A program made the translations under genes and the position numbers. The notes under the pieces are model-generated. The model was not told where the DNA came from, ran no database searches, and worked only from the letters and a program-made list of their open reading frames with translations. A stretch of DNA of 64,000 bases from a virus (taxonomy: Duplodnaviria > Caudoviricetes): positions 27,345-91,344 of the IMG/VR virus record IMGVR_UViG_2854395284_000001. The stretch is one strand, 5' to 3'. How positions within the stretch are numbered: position 1 is the stretch's first letter; every line of letters starts with the position of its first letter. Below, in pieces: positions 20,471 through 30,954 of the stretch.

Positions 20471-20885
20471 GATCTCTAATAGTCTTACTTAATTCCTTCT
20501 GTACATTTTCTAATCTTGTCTGAAGCAATCTGTATGGATTGTTTAGCATTTTTTCTTCTTTTCCACCAACCATCATAATGGTATAATTCAAAGAATCGAC
20601 TCTTGGACTGAGCCATTCAATTGTAATCCCTAGAACAAATAGTTTACACACATATTCAATATCAGAACTTTCATCTATTGTATTTACAAGATTAAAAGAA
20701 ACTTCTTGAAATTCATCGTCCAATACAATAGAAGAGAAGAGTCTTCTGATTCTTGCATCTCCAAGTACATTGTGTAGTCTTTCGGTGTAAATCTCATAAA
20801 AATCATTAGAGTTTAATGCTAATTCTTTCGGATCATCAATTTTTCCCAATGCCCTTGAAAAGATAGTTTCATAAGGAAGTATCAT
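20430..20885 (-). CDS. Putative head-tail adaptor
   Basis: Position after capsid; RBS AAGGAGG. Confidence 0.55.
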   Translation of the reverse strand: MILPYETIFSRALGKIDDPKELALNSNDFYEIYTERLHNVLGDARIRRLFSSIVLDDEFQEVSFNLVNTIDESSDIEYVCKLFVLGITIEWLSPRVDSLNYTIMMVGGKEEKMLNNPYRLLQTRLENVQKELSKTIRDHGYLYNSYINNGI

Positions 20886-20896
20886 CTTAACCTCCT

Positions 20897-21475
20897 TTAT
20901 TTAACAAATAATTCACTTAGAAGATTAAAATCCGAATCAAAGATTTCACTGAGTTTTCTTACTTTTGCAATACTGTCAAGATGACCATTAGCAATCTCTG
21001 TAGCAATCATCTGTTCCAGGATGGTTCTTGTAGCTTCTGGCAGCTCTTTGATTTCCATTTCCATCTGTCTTGTAGACATATCAAGAATTTTGAGCAAATC
21101 ATTTCTTGTATACATTTTCTCATATACTTTTTTTACAGTAGGAAAATCTTCCAGTAAATCGTCATCCAGGATAACAAATCTTGGTAAGAATACATGGTCT
21201 GAACCTTTTCTAATCAAAGAAACCAGGTCACGATAATTGATTTCGCAATCATATCCATAATCTTTGAATTCATAAACATTTCCAGATTGAGACGTGATGT
21301 TTAATCCACCATAACATACTGATCGACACAGAATATAATCTGAATCTGTAAATACCTTTTTCTCTTTTTCGATTTTTTCTTCAATTGGTTCTTCTACGGT
21401 TGTTTTTGTCTCAACTTTAGTAGCTACTTTTCTAGTTGCAGTAGCGGTTTCCTTTTTTGCTCGTGCTGTCGGCAT
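20897..21475 (-). CDS. Hypothetical protein downstream of capsid
   Basis: RBS GGAGG; low-complexity N-terminus. Confidence 0.7.
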   Translation of the reverse strand: MPTARAKKETATATRKVATKVETKTTVEEPIEEKIEKEKKVFTDSDYILCRSVCYGGLNITSQSGNVYEFKDYGYDCEINYRDLVSLIRKGSDHVFLPRFVILDDDLLEDFPTVKKVYEKMYTRNDLLKILDMSTRQMEMEIKELPEATRTILEQMIATEIANGHLDSIAKVRKLSEIFDSDFNLLSELFVK

Positions 21476-21489
21476 GGCTTTCCCTCCAT

Positions 21490-21525
21490 TAAAAAATAGA
21501 AGAGTAGCGGTTAAACTACTCCTCT
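21490..21525 (-). terminator. Intrinsic terminator after major capsid gene
   Basis: AGAGGAGTAG/CTACTCTTCT stem followed by a U tract. Confidence 0.65.
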
Positions 21526-21546
21526 AATATATTTTTATTACTTAGA

Positions 21547-22656
21547 TTAGTCAGTAATGGTCCATGAACCAAAGTAACGACCAATTCTTGTAGATACTCC
21601 AAGCTCTCTCTGAACTTCGTATTTCATGATATCAGCGATGTTACTATTAGCTGTTCCACGCTCTGTGATTTCCTCGATAAGAGTCTCACCAACATCAACC
21701 ATATCAACAAGTTTGTTGTCACCAGTTGCAAATACGAAAAGAGTGTCATCCTTGTACATGGACTTAGTTACATCGTTTCTTGCAAATCTCTGTGGAATTT
21801 CAACAAGCGTGTAACGTCCGTAATTTCCAAGGCGACCCATCTTTGCAATATCTTCTTTCTGAGAATCAGCAACCCATTTAACATCGATAAGGTTTTCAAG
21901 CTCCTGAAGTGCAACCATTGTTCCCATGATAACTACATCTGCATTATCATTTGCAACAGATACATTTTGAAGAACTTTATTGAATTTCTTTCTATTTGTT
22001 GTGTTGAGCGCACCTGTTTGTACGAACTCGGACTGTGCCGGAAGTTTCTTTGGTGCTTCAAGAATCTCAGCAAAGATAAGCTCTTGAATCTTTACAACAA
22101 ATGCTTTAGTGATAGCGTCTACAAGTTTTGTCCAATCCTCTTGTCCAATAAGATATCTATCAATATCAGCACCAACAGCAGCACCATAAACATCCGTCTC
22201 TACAGAATATGTTGTGTTCTCTGGTAATCTCTGAAGCATTGTATCGTGATGTCTCTTACCCATTCTTGCTATAGAAAGAATTACTTCCTCATGCTCATTA
22301 ACGAAAAGATTAGTATCTCCCTCTTTAAGGTTTCTGTAATTAACAAGTGCGTTGAACCACTCATTTTCTTTAAGTCCTGTAGAAACTGTCCAATCAGTTA
22401 CTTCTTCAATTACATCGAAATACTGACGAGCATGATCTCTGTAAGCACGTTCTCTTTCTCTACGAGAAGAGTCTTTGGTAAGACCGAAAATTTTTAGAGA
22501 TACTTCTCTAAGTTTATCTTCAGCCTCTCTCTTAGAAATTCCATCGTCGAGTTCATTTTTATATAAATCGAACATCAGATTTTTTACTTCTTCATAAGAA
22601 GTTTTCATTTCATCGAATACATTAAGCACATGTGCGCTAAAATTCATCTTATTCAT
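21547..22656 (-). CDS. Major capsid protein
   Basis: 369 aa; follows portal, scaffold and decoration genes; strong RBS and terminator. Confidence 0.75.
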   Translation of the reverse strand: MNKMNFSAHVLNVFDEMKTSYEEVKNLMFDLYKNELDDGISKREAEDKLREVSLKIFGLTKDSSRRERERAYRDHARQYFDVIEEVTDWTVSTGLKENEWFNALVNYRNLKEGDTNLFVNEHEEVILSIARMGKRHHDTMLQRLPENTTYSVETDVYGAAVGADIDRYLIGQEDWTKLVDAITKAFVVKIQELIFAEILEAPKKLPAQSEFVQTGALNTTNRKKFNKVLQNVSVANDNADVVIMGTMVALQELENLIDVKWVADSQKEDIAKMGRLGNYGRYTLVEIPQRFARNDVTKSMYKDDTLFVFATGDNKLVDMVDVGETLIEEITERGTANSNIADIMKYEVQRELGVSTRIGRYFGSWTITD

Positions 22657-22674
22657 TGCTTATTCCTCCCTTCT

Positions 22675-23169
22675 TTATAGTTCTGAAACTTTGTGTTTCT
22701 GACTTCCAGCTTCAACAGTTACTTTCTTACCAGCTACAGGTGTTCCGTCAAATGTATCTCCACTAAGCTCATAAACGTCTGTTACTGTAAGCACAAGTCC
22801 TCTAACTGTTTTTGTTCTTTCGGCTGTTGCTGCGTTGAAGAAGTTAGAAGTTTTGGTAAATTCACTATTATAGGTTTCTGCAATTTCAGGAACTTCATAA
22901 ATAAGAATTGCTGGTGCATTTGGATCGACTTTCTTAACCTCTACATACCAGTTTCCGTCAGCAGCTTGCTCAAGAATTTCTCCTTCAAAACCAGCTGGTG
23001 CATCTGCAACCTCATATTGGTCAAAGCTTACATATTTTCCTTTGCCGCAAACTGTACCGTTATCCGTATCTTCTTTGATAACCATGTTTAATACACGACC
23101 AACTTTGTCAGAAAGGACTTTGGTTGGGAAGCATACATGATGCTGATCAATTTTATATTTAATAGCCAT
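22675..23169 (-). CDS. Putative capsid decoration protein
   Basis: DTDNG motif; position between scaffold and capsid. Confidence 0.6.
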   Translation of the reverse strand: MAIKYKIDQHHVCFPTKVLSDKVGRVLNMVIKEDTDNGTVCGKGKYVSFDQYEVADAPAGFEGEILEQAADGNWYVEVKKVDPNAPAILIYEVPEIAETYNSEFTKTSNFFNAATAERTKTVRGLVLTVTDVYELSGDTFDGTPVAGKKVTVEAGSQKHKVSEL

Positions 23170-23251
23170 TTGATTTTTCCTCCTTTTGTTTTTTTACAAA
23201 ATAAAAAGACCGCTTGTTGCGATCTTTAAAATTAAAAGTTATTTTGTTTAT

Positions 23252-24949
23252 TTATTTTTCTTCTTCAGCAAACAGTTTTCCATATCTGCTAGGTTTCGAA
23301 GCTTTTTTATTTACATTTACAAATTGTTTCTTTGATGTAGCTGTCTTTTCTTTGTTATTAGAAAGTGCAAAGTTACCATGCTCAGAAACATAATCAGAAT
23401 GAAGAACTTTAATTTCTGTCTCAAGATCAGCGAGAGAGTAGTTATCCATTTCAGAAACAAGTTTCTCATAATCTTTATTTACGAATTTTCCTTCTTCATC
23501 TTTCTGTGCAAGAATTTCATATTTCTCAGAATCAAGAATTTCTTTCTTTTTTTCACGAAGTTCATTTAATTCAATTTCTTCTTTAAATGCTTTTAATTCT
23601 GCATAGTTTGAACGCATTTCTTCGATAGAAATCTTCTCAGATTCTGTAAGAAGCATTGCAAACATTTCTGTTCTCTCTCCAGCAAGTGCAATATTATCTT
23701 CATCTCTTGTATAAGATTGTTTATAATATTTGTCGCTGTCCCAATCTTGCATAATAAAATACTCATCATACACCTGAGACACATAACACCATTCAGAATC
23801 ATTTCTATAAATAGAACATAATGCATTTAATGCGTATCTGATATCTTCAAAAGAAATGTCAAATAATTTATTGAATAGCTCATCTTTTGAAAAACTTTCT
23901 GTTTCAGATTCTGATGCAGTGGTATCTTCGGTTTCCTCTTCGGCAACTTCCTGAGTTTCCTCTACTTTTTCAGTGGTTTTAGTTTCTTCTTCGGAGGTTT
24001 CCTCAACTGTTTCCTCAGATTCTTCTTCTGTGGTAGTCACTTCCTCTTCAGACTCTTCTGTTTCAGTTACTTCCTCAGTTTCAGTAACTTCCTCTTCAAA
24101 GTGTTTCTTATTCAATTCGGTTCCTCCTTTCTTTGATTGTGATTGAACAGCAATCTGTTCTTTTTTATTGAAATTAGAAAGTGTCTTATTTAGATTTTCT
24201 AAAAGTTCAATCAATTTTTCTTCTTTGCTAAATTTAACCGAGTTATTCTCTACACTGAAATCTACAATATCAGCACGAGAACCTTCCATGCCTTCCTGAA
24301 TTTCTGTGCCATCATCACGACTCCCTAATAATGTTGAAGCATTCACATAGAAATCATTTAATTCAAGATATTTTTCTTTTGCGTTGTAAGATAAATCGTC
24401 AATAAAAAGCTCGCAGCTATTTTTTGTGCCTTGCTTAGAACGAATAATTTCACATGCCTTAGTATATTCTTCGCTTATATAAGCATAAGCACATACATAA
24501 TCTTTATTTAATCCATCATCATGTTCCCAAAATGCTGGCTCAGATGAGAAAGAACCAACTTGAGATTCAATGTATCTAAGTTCTTCATTTCCGTTATCAT
24601 TTTTGATAATTTCCATCTCATGACCTTCAAAGTCCCAAGTTCCATCATCTAGCTGATGTATTGCAGCCAATACAGGTCTATCAGCAATTGTATTCATTGC
24701 TTTTTCAGCAGACTCTTTTGATACATAACTTTTATTCCTATTAAGTCCTGTATGGAAAATTCGAAATTTAAGACGCATCATTCCACGATGATTATCATCT
24801 ACAATATTATCCACTTCAAAAGTAGTTGGCACTTTTAAGGCTAACTGATAGCCAATGTCTTTGGAATTAAATCTCGCAAATTTTTTGTCTTGACAAAATT
24901 TTAGCAAATCATCTTCAGTTAAAATTTTCTTTTTTATAATTTTTGACAT
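23252..24949 (-). CDS. Prohead protease/scaffold protein
   Basis: HTGLNRNKS, FEGHE N-terminal domain; acidic linker; coiled-coil C-terminus. Confidence 0.7.
   Translation of the reverse strand: MSKIIKKKILTEDDLLKFCQDKKFARFNSKDIGYQLALKVPTTFEVDNIVDDNHRGMMRLKFRIFHTGLNRNKSYVSKESAEKAMNTIADRPVLAAIHQLDDGTWDFEGHEMEIIKNDNGNEELRYIESQVGSFSSEPAFWEHDDGLNKDYVCAYAYISEEYTKACEIIRSKQGTKNSCELFIDDLSYNAKEKYLELNDFYVNASTLLGSRDDGTEIQEGMEGSRADIVDFSVENNSVKFSKEEKLIELLENLNKTLSNFNKKEQIAVQSQSKKGGTELNKKHFEEEVTETEEVTETEESEEEVTTTEEESEETVEETSEEETKTTEKVEETQEVAEEETEDTTASESETESFSKDELFNKLFDISFEDIRYALNALCSIYRNDSEWCYVSQVYDEYFIMQDWDSDKYYKQSYTRDEDNIALAGERTEMFAMLLTESEKISIEEMRSNYAELKAFKEEIELNELREKKKEILDSEKYEILAQKDEEGKFVNKDYEKLVSEMDNYSLADLETEIKVLHSDYVSEHGNFALSNNKEKTATSKKQFVNVNKKASKPSRYGKLFAEEEK
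24050..24097 (-). repeat. 18-bp tandem repeat encoding EEVTET
   Basis: EEVTETEEVTETEES in the acidic scaffold linker. Confidence 0.7.
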
Positions 24950-25019
24950 CTGCTTTAATTATTTCCTCCTTTCCTAAAAATGGGTATAATAATACCTCAT
25001 TCAAAAAAGAACGAGGCTA

Positions 25020-26414
25020 CTAAGTAATTATTCTTGTTTTATCTGGCTGATCTAAATCATCTGAAAAATACCATTTATAGCCATATCCAGATACTTTCTT
25101 TTTTCTACAACATGCCCCAATTAGTATTGAAGAATTTCTATGTCCTATGTATTTTCCAGCATTAATGCAACTATCGAATGTTCTAATATAAAAACCATCT
25201 TTTGTATACATATTAATTCTTTTTGATTTTTTATTTCTAAATTTATTTTCAACTTCTTGAGGTGTTAATTCTTCATGTGAATATGTATAATTGGAAAATA
25301 TACTATTAGTTTGTTGATTACACGAATTAATTATCGTTGTGTATGAAACATCCTCTTCGATACTAGCATCAATAACACTTAAATAAACCTTAATTAAATT
25401 TCCATCCCTGTCATATTTAAACACTTTTTTACAATTCCCTTTATGTTGTAAATCTGGAATGACTAAAGCGTTTTCAACATATTTCCAAATATATCCATAA
25501 GCAGTTTTTATTTCATTTCTACAAACTTGTGTAATAACTTGATAGTTTATATTTAATTGTCTTCCGGCTTCTCGAACACTTTCATAAACGTTTATAAAAT
25601 TTCCATTCAAATCATATTGTTCTACAAGTTTAGGCTTTTCTCTATATGTTTTATGAGATGAAAAGAGTTCATGATGGAATCTAAAAATATTAATTCCTAT
25701 ATAAACACGTTTACCGATACAGCAATCAACAATAAAACTCCTTTTTGTATTTTCTGCTTTTGCTGCTTCCGTTGTGTTTTTATATACGTGTAATAAATTT
25801 CCCCGATAATCATATTTATCAATTTGTAATAAACTATAATACCTTATCAACGCTTCTTCTTTTTCGTTGTCCGTTGGTAAAGGAAAATCTTCTAATTCAT
25901 TTTCAATATAACGCCAAATATGACCATACGCATATTTTGATTCACCATTGCAACAAGAATAGATAACAGATGTCTTTCCAAATATTTCTTTTAATTTGTC
26001 AACAGATTCGTATGTGTTTATATAATTACCATTAATATCATATTGTTTAACAGCTCTCATTTTATTTTCGCTTCCGTCTCTTCCGCCTTTAGTAAGATTA
26101 AAACCATTATGAAAAGAATCAAATAATTTAATATAATATTTTTCTCTATCATCTAATTTTGAAATCAATTCTTTTTTTGTTGTAGCAGTGCATTTTTCTA
26201 ATCCATCCATGGCAAAATGTTCAATACCATATTTATTCATTGTATTATGCAATCTGTCTGTGGACGAATGTTTTTTTACTTGTCCAACATGACTATACCA
26301 TCTAGTTATTAATTCTTGTGATGTTTGACCAATATATAATTTATTAGGATAAATATCATTTGTTATAACATATATGTATCCTTCGTACATACCAGTTTCT
26401 CTATTGAAACTCAT
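25020..26414 (-). CDS. Free-standing GIY-YIG homing endonuclease with NUMOD1-like repeats
   Basis: GYIY...LYIGQT; repeated QYDxxGNxIxxYES...AYGxIWxY units. Confidence 0.88.
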   Translation of the reverse strand: MSFNRETGMYEGYIYVITNDIYPNKLYIGQTSQELITRWYSHVGQVKKHSSTDRLHNTMNKYGIEHFAMDGLEKCTATTKKELISKLDDREKYYIKLFDSFHNGFNLTKGGRDGSENKMRAVKQYDINGNYINTYESVDKLKEIFGKTSVIYSCCNGESKYAYGHIWRYIENELEDFPLPTDNEKEEALIRYYSLLQIDKYDYRGNLLHVYKNTTEAAKAENTKRSFIVDCCIGKRVYIGINIFRFHHELFSSHKTYREKPKLVEQYDLNGNFINVYESVREAGRQLNINYQVITQVCRNEIKTAYGYIWKYVENALVIPDLQHKGNCKKVFKYDRDGNLIKVYLSVIDASIEEDVSYTTIINSCNQQTNSIFSNYTYSHEELTPQEVENKFRNKKSKRINMYTKDGFYIRTFDSCINAGKYIGHRNSSILIGACCRKKKVSGYGYKWYFSDDLDQPDKTRIIT

Positions 26415-26555
26415 AAATCACCTCCATAAAAACGGAGGCAGAGATGGGAGAGTGTAAACCGTCCCGTTAATCTCTTTATCGAATTATCCATTCGACCTCA
26501 TTTATAAAATCTAAAAATTGGTATAAAAAATACCACTCAAGAAATAGAAGAGTGG

Positions 26556-26732
26556 CTAAAAAGTAAGTATATTGCTATACTGTATTTTTGATTTATCTAT
26601 ATTTGAAAACTGAAGTTTGTCAGTATTCAAAAATATATATATTCCATTCAATTCACTTACTACTTGAAATCCAAGTTTCTTTAAGTTTTCAGAGGTAGTA
26701 GTGTCTGTTGTTTTTAAAAACTTTTCTTTCAT
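26556..26732 (-). CDS. 58-aa conserved phage protein after portal
   Basis: MKEKFLKTTD...YSNILTF with GAGGTGG RBS; below the ORF-track cutoff. Confidence 0.65.
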   Translation of the reverse strand: MKEKFLKTTDTTTSENLKKLGFQVVSELNGIYIFLNTDKLQFSNIDKSKIQYSNILTF

Positions 26733-26744
26733 ATGACCACCTCA

Positions 26745-28292
26745 TTATTTTCTGTCTCTCGTTTTAGCTCCATCGTCACTTATTTCTGAATCAGAAACCT
26801 CTGGTCTGCCACCTTCGTCACTTGCGTTGGATACTGTATTTGCTGATACGAGTGGAACAAATTTATTCTTTAAATCTAATACATCATTGGCTAAGAAAGT
26901 CATCGAAAGGGTATCAAGTTCACTAATCCCATTTAATGCATTTATTAATATCATTTTAGAACTATCATATTGCAGATCTTTTTGCATGGCTTCTCTAAGA
27001 GTATCTTTTGTATAAGAAGACACTTCAAAAAATTTAACCTTCGCCGCATTTTTGACTTGGTATGATAGCATTCTATTTACCCATCCTTGAATCTGACCTA
27101 AAAGTGCAGAAATTGCTAATTCAGTATCTGCCTTTGTAGCAGCTCGAAATGCTTCAGCACCAGAAATACTAGAAGAATTAAGTATTTGCGCTCCACCAGA
27201 AGTATTCAACACTTCTTTTGTGGCTTTTTGTACCTTCGTCGTGTCTGTTGTTTGATCATCAGAAAAAGATATTGTATTAAGTGGCAATGGAGTTATCACA
27301 GAACCAATATAAGGTGGAAGGCTATCAACCAATTTATTATAATAATCTACGGCAAAATCAATGTTTACAGCCCATTGATCTGGTTCATCAGCACCAGATA
27401 ATGTCGGTATAGTAGCTGTAATTAATTTATAAATTTGTTGTTCATCCGCAACAGCTTGTACATCACCAAGATTTAAAAGACCAATTAAATCAATAAATAA
27501 TCCACTGTAAATTGGAACAATAGTTTCCCATGTCTCAACTCTTGACTTTGTACACAAAGCATATTCATCAGGCATAGGTTGCCATTTATTTTGATTATTG
27601 CCACCGTATTTTTTATACATTGATAATAATGGATCACCAAGGTATTCAAGCACGTCTTCGAATTTTTTATATTTACTCATATCTACAGAGAAAGAATAAT
27701 CGCCAGTAAAATATTTACCAGAAATTCTGCAATAATCTGGTGGAATTTTTAAAATAAACATTCCGGTTTCGTCCAGCCAACAGCATCCATAGAATACATC
27801 TTCTATAAAGTTATTAATTAATACCTGTAAGAAGTTCCCTTGTAAAGACATTCTATCTAGCCATACCAAAGTGTCATAATAATCTTTTAATATACTTTCC
27901 TTGTCGTTGTCACCAGTTGGATCATATGTAGGAACTACGTACCTTGCATTTAGGTCAAACATAGTTGCATTATACATAATTAATCTAAAATATATCTGAC
28001 AACGATAAAATAAGTAACGAGATAAACCACGCAATTCATCTTCATAACTGTCTATATTTTGAAGATATTTAATTACATTTCCCTTGTTATATGAACTTAT
28101 AGGAATTTGTCTTGTCGTTTTTGTAACATCACGAACTTGTTTAAATGCATTCTGCGTTTCTGCAAATCTCTTTTGCTGACGTTCAAGACTTTGCATATAC
28201 AATTTTCGTTCTGCAGCTGTTGGTTGTTTTTTACGTGTTGGAGATGTTTCTGCCATCTCTTTTTTGGATTGTGTCATTTTTGACGAGAACAC
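26745..28292 (-). CDS. Portal protein
   Basis: ~510 aa directly after terminase; C-terminal GGRP motif. Confidence 0.8.
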   Translation of the reverse strand: MFSSKMTQSKKEMAETSPTRKKQPTAAERKLYMQSLERQQKRFAETQNAFKQVRDVTKTTRQIPISSYNKGNVIKYLQNIDSYEDELRGLSRYLFYRCQIYFRLIMYNATMFDLNARYVVPTYDPTGDNDKESILKDYYDTLVWLDRMSLQGNFLQVLINNFIEDVFYGCCWLDETGMFILKIPPDYCRISGKYFTGDYSFSVDMSKYKKFEDVLEYLGDPLLSMYKKYGGNNQNKWQPMPDEYALCTKSRVETWETIVPIYSGLFIDLIGLLNLGDVQAVADEQQIYKLITATIPTLSGADEPDQWAVNIDFAVDYYNKLVDSLPPYIGSVITPLPLNTISFSDDQTTDTTKVQKATKEVLNTSGGAQILNSSSISGAEAFRAATKADTELAISALLGQIQGWVNRMLSYQVKNAAKVKFFEVSSYTKDTLREAMQKDLQYDSSKMILINALNGISELDTLSMTFLANDVLDLKNKFVPLVSANTVSNASDEGGRPEVSDSEISDDGAKTRDRK

Positions 28293-28327
28293 CTCCTTTT
28301 CTATTTAGTTGTGTTTTGGATTTTTAT

Positions 28328-28479
28328 TTAGATTGTTTTGGAAAACGAAGAGATACGTTTTGGTTGATTGATTGAAAGTTTGGAAAGGAGAGATTGGGTG
28401 GACTCTTGTGGGCGTTTTCTCTGTGTGATATTTTTTCGACGTTCGCACATAAGAGAATATGAAAGCATACATGCTGTAT
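28328..28479 (-). CDS. terL: Terminase large subunit, exon 3
   Basis: Joining gives HDDRAY-TACMLSYSL...KTI*. Confidence 0.85.
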
Positions 28480-28753
28480 CATTGTGTTACTACCATTTTT
28501 GGCGATTAAGGTACTTCCAAGAGTGTCTTTACACTCGACCTTAATTCTCGTATTTCATATTTTAGTTATATTACGAGTTCAGACTATCGCATCTTCATAT
28601 ATAAGTATGTAGAATGAAGTTTTCTCACTTAGTCGTTGCAGCTGCTATTACGCTTGCTGTGGGTTATCCACTTCTGGACTTTCCCAATTAATCAGAGAAA
28701 ATTTCCCGTTTGTAACTTATCTACTTTTATTACAAAGTACCCTATACGATTTA
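28480..28753 (-). ncRNA. Group I intron in terL nuclease domain (274 nt)
   Basis: P1 GUGCCU/GGGUAC with U.G; R GCUGCAACGACUA; S GAUAGUCU; terminal G. Confidence 0.9.
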
Positions 28754-30083
28754 AGGCACGGTCGTCATGTAGCTTATTTGCCTTTTCTGGAGTTAACTCG
28801 AAAGAGTCCTTTCCTGAATCTCTTTTTTTCCTAACCATATTCACAAGCTCCTCCTTTAGCGCGTCCATATTGGCAAGTGCAATTTTATCCTGCCAGTCAA
28901 GTTTAATCATTTTTGTGTTAACAGATTGAATTTTCCCAAGCTCATCATTTAAACGACTTTCAAATTCTTTTTCATTTAATTTTTGCTTTTTCAATTCTTG
29001 CGATATGCTTTTTCGTGCTTCTTCTAATTTCTTTTCATCAACGTCAAAAACAGTTAAATAATCTTTGCTGTCATATGGTGCAGTAAAACTTATTTTGTCT
29101 TGATTCATTAATTCTATCATCGCTTCATACATTTCTGATTTGTATGCAGAAGGAGACATGAGGTGTATTTTATTTACTGCATTTGGAAACTTATTGACAT
29201 ATTCTATAGAATATTCTTTATCAATTAATCCTCTGTGTACAATACCTGCAGAATCAGTCCAGTCTGGCATTAAATAATCGGCAATATTTACACCGCCACC
29301 ACCAGATCCTGCATCAATATAAATTCCAACAATGTTTCCATATGCGTCTGCACCGCCGTTATAAGCAAGAATAACTTTTTTCAAATATTCAATTTGATCT
29401 GGTGTTTGCATTGGAGATTTTATTTTTTTTCCAACATCAATAAGATTAATACAGTTGACTAATCGCATACGAATATCTGTGCTTCCGTCTATTTGCTCGA
29501 ATTCATATATTTCGCCTACAAGAATAACTGAGTTGTCTCTTGATCTAGCTGGATCATATGCTATAACAAATTTTTTATCACCAGTATCATTATATAAAAG
29601 TGGTTTTCTGACTTCTTCGTTTCTGGAAATAACGCCACGTCGTATGATTGCGTCACTACCTGCATCAGTAGTAAATTCACAATAATATTCTCGCCTAGCT
29701 TTTTCTGGATTTGTTCTCATATCAGAATCAATTGTTGATTTTTCAAACAGTGGTGCCATAACTTGCCCATGAATGGTAGGATGTAATGGAATATCACAAG
29801 TAATATTTGCTACAAAATAATCCTTATTTCCCATTAACATCTGTTTGGAAAATTCTCTATATAAGGAATAATATTTTGTGGATGTATCAGAAGCAGAAGA
29901 TATGTAAAATTTCTGGTTTGGAATTTCTTTTGGAATTGCTCTTAGACGTATTTCATCAATTCTATTTCCATCTCGATCTTTTCCTGATTTAAAACTTTTA
30001 TTTACAATTGCGAATGCAGAATATACAGACATCATTTCATCTGAAAGAAATCCACATTCATCAAAAATTACATTTCCGCGCAT
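28754..30083 (-). CDS. terL: Terminase large subunit, exon 2
   Basis: Walker B VIFDE, coupling motif YISSA, nuclease AYDPAR. Confidence 0.9.
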
Positions 30084-30372
30084 CAATTGTTATCCTATAA
30101 GCTTTTTATCTTATAGATCTTATAGTTATTGTTTCTATAAGTTCGGCATATCTTTTTATCTCAAAAATGAGATATCGAGAACTCGTGGAAAGATTATATT
30201 CTATTTCTAGGTTCACTTTCTATGCTCTGCCTGTGACTATATTTTTAAATATAGCCTTCCAGTCTGATTAGCCTTTCAGCTTTCCAGTTTTCTTTCTCGA
30301 TTAAAAACCATACAAATTATATGGATCTACTTATCACTAAGTAGCGAGGCAAGTGCGGAAATATCTTGATTT
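30084..30372 (-). ncRNA. Group I intron in terL ATPase domain (289 nt)
   Basis: P1 GAGGU/GCCUC with U.G; AUUUCCGC pairs with 3' exon GCGGAAAU; P7 G(A)GCAUA/UAUGCC; terminal G; joining gives KKRG-MRGNVIFDE. Confidence 0.88.
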
Positions 30373-30954
30373 ACCTCTTTTTTTGTCTATATTTGAATTT
30401 AATGTTTGAGTAAAACTTCCGTTATAAGTTGAATATGAAAATCCGTTGCTACCATGGGAAAATCCATCTCCAGCAGCATTTTTTATTTCAATTTCTGCCT
30501 TGAAAATGTAACCAGTTGAACCCATCATTGTATCAATGTTGTCATTAGCCAGCCGTTCCAATGTTGTAAAAGTTTGTTCAGCCTGACTACCAGAGCCACT
30601 GGCAATATATGTCCAATAGTTATTAAACAACATGTCCTTTGCCATGATAATAATGTCGATAAGCGTAGATTTTCCGAATCCTCGACTACAGACAAGCAAT
30701 ACATTCGGACATGTCCAACTTTGCTGAACAATCCAAGCTTGGGCATCAAGAAGTTCTATATTGAACATAATATTTATAAAGGAAACGGGATTGCATTGAA
30801 AATATTTTTGTAGATACGCAATTTTAATTAAAGATTCAATTTTTCTAGAAGACATTGCATATACTCCAGGTTTTACATATATAACGTCCTCTTGAACACA
30901 CTGATCTTTATATTGAATTAGATCAATAGTATTATCTATTTCTTTAAATTTCAT
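30373..30954 (-). CDS. terL: Terminase large subunit, exon 1
   Basis: Walker A SRGFGKST. Confidence 0.9.
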
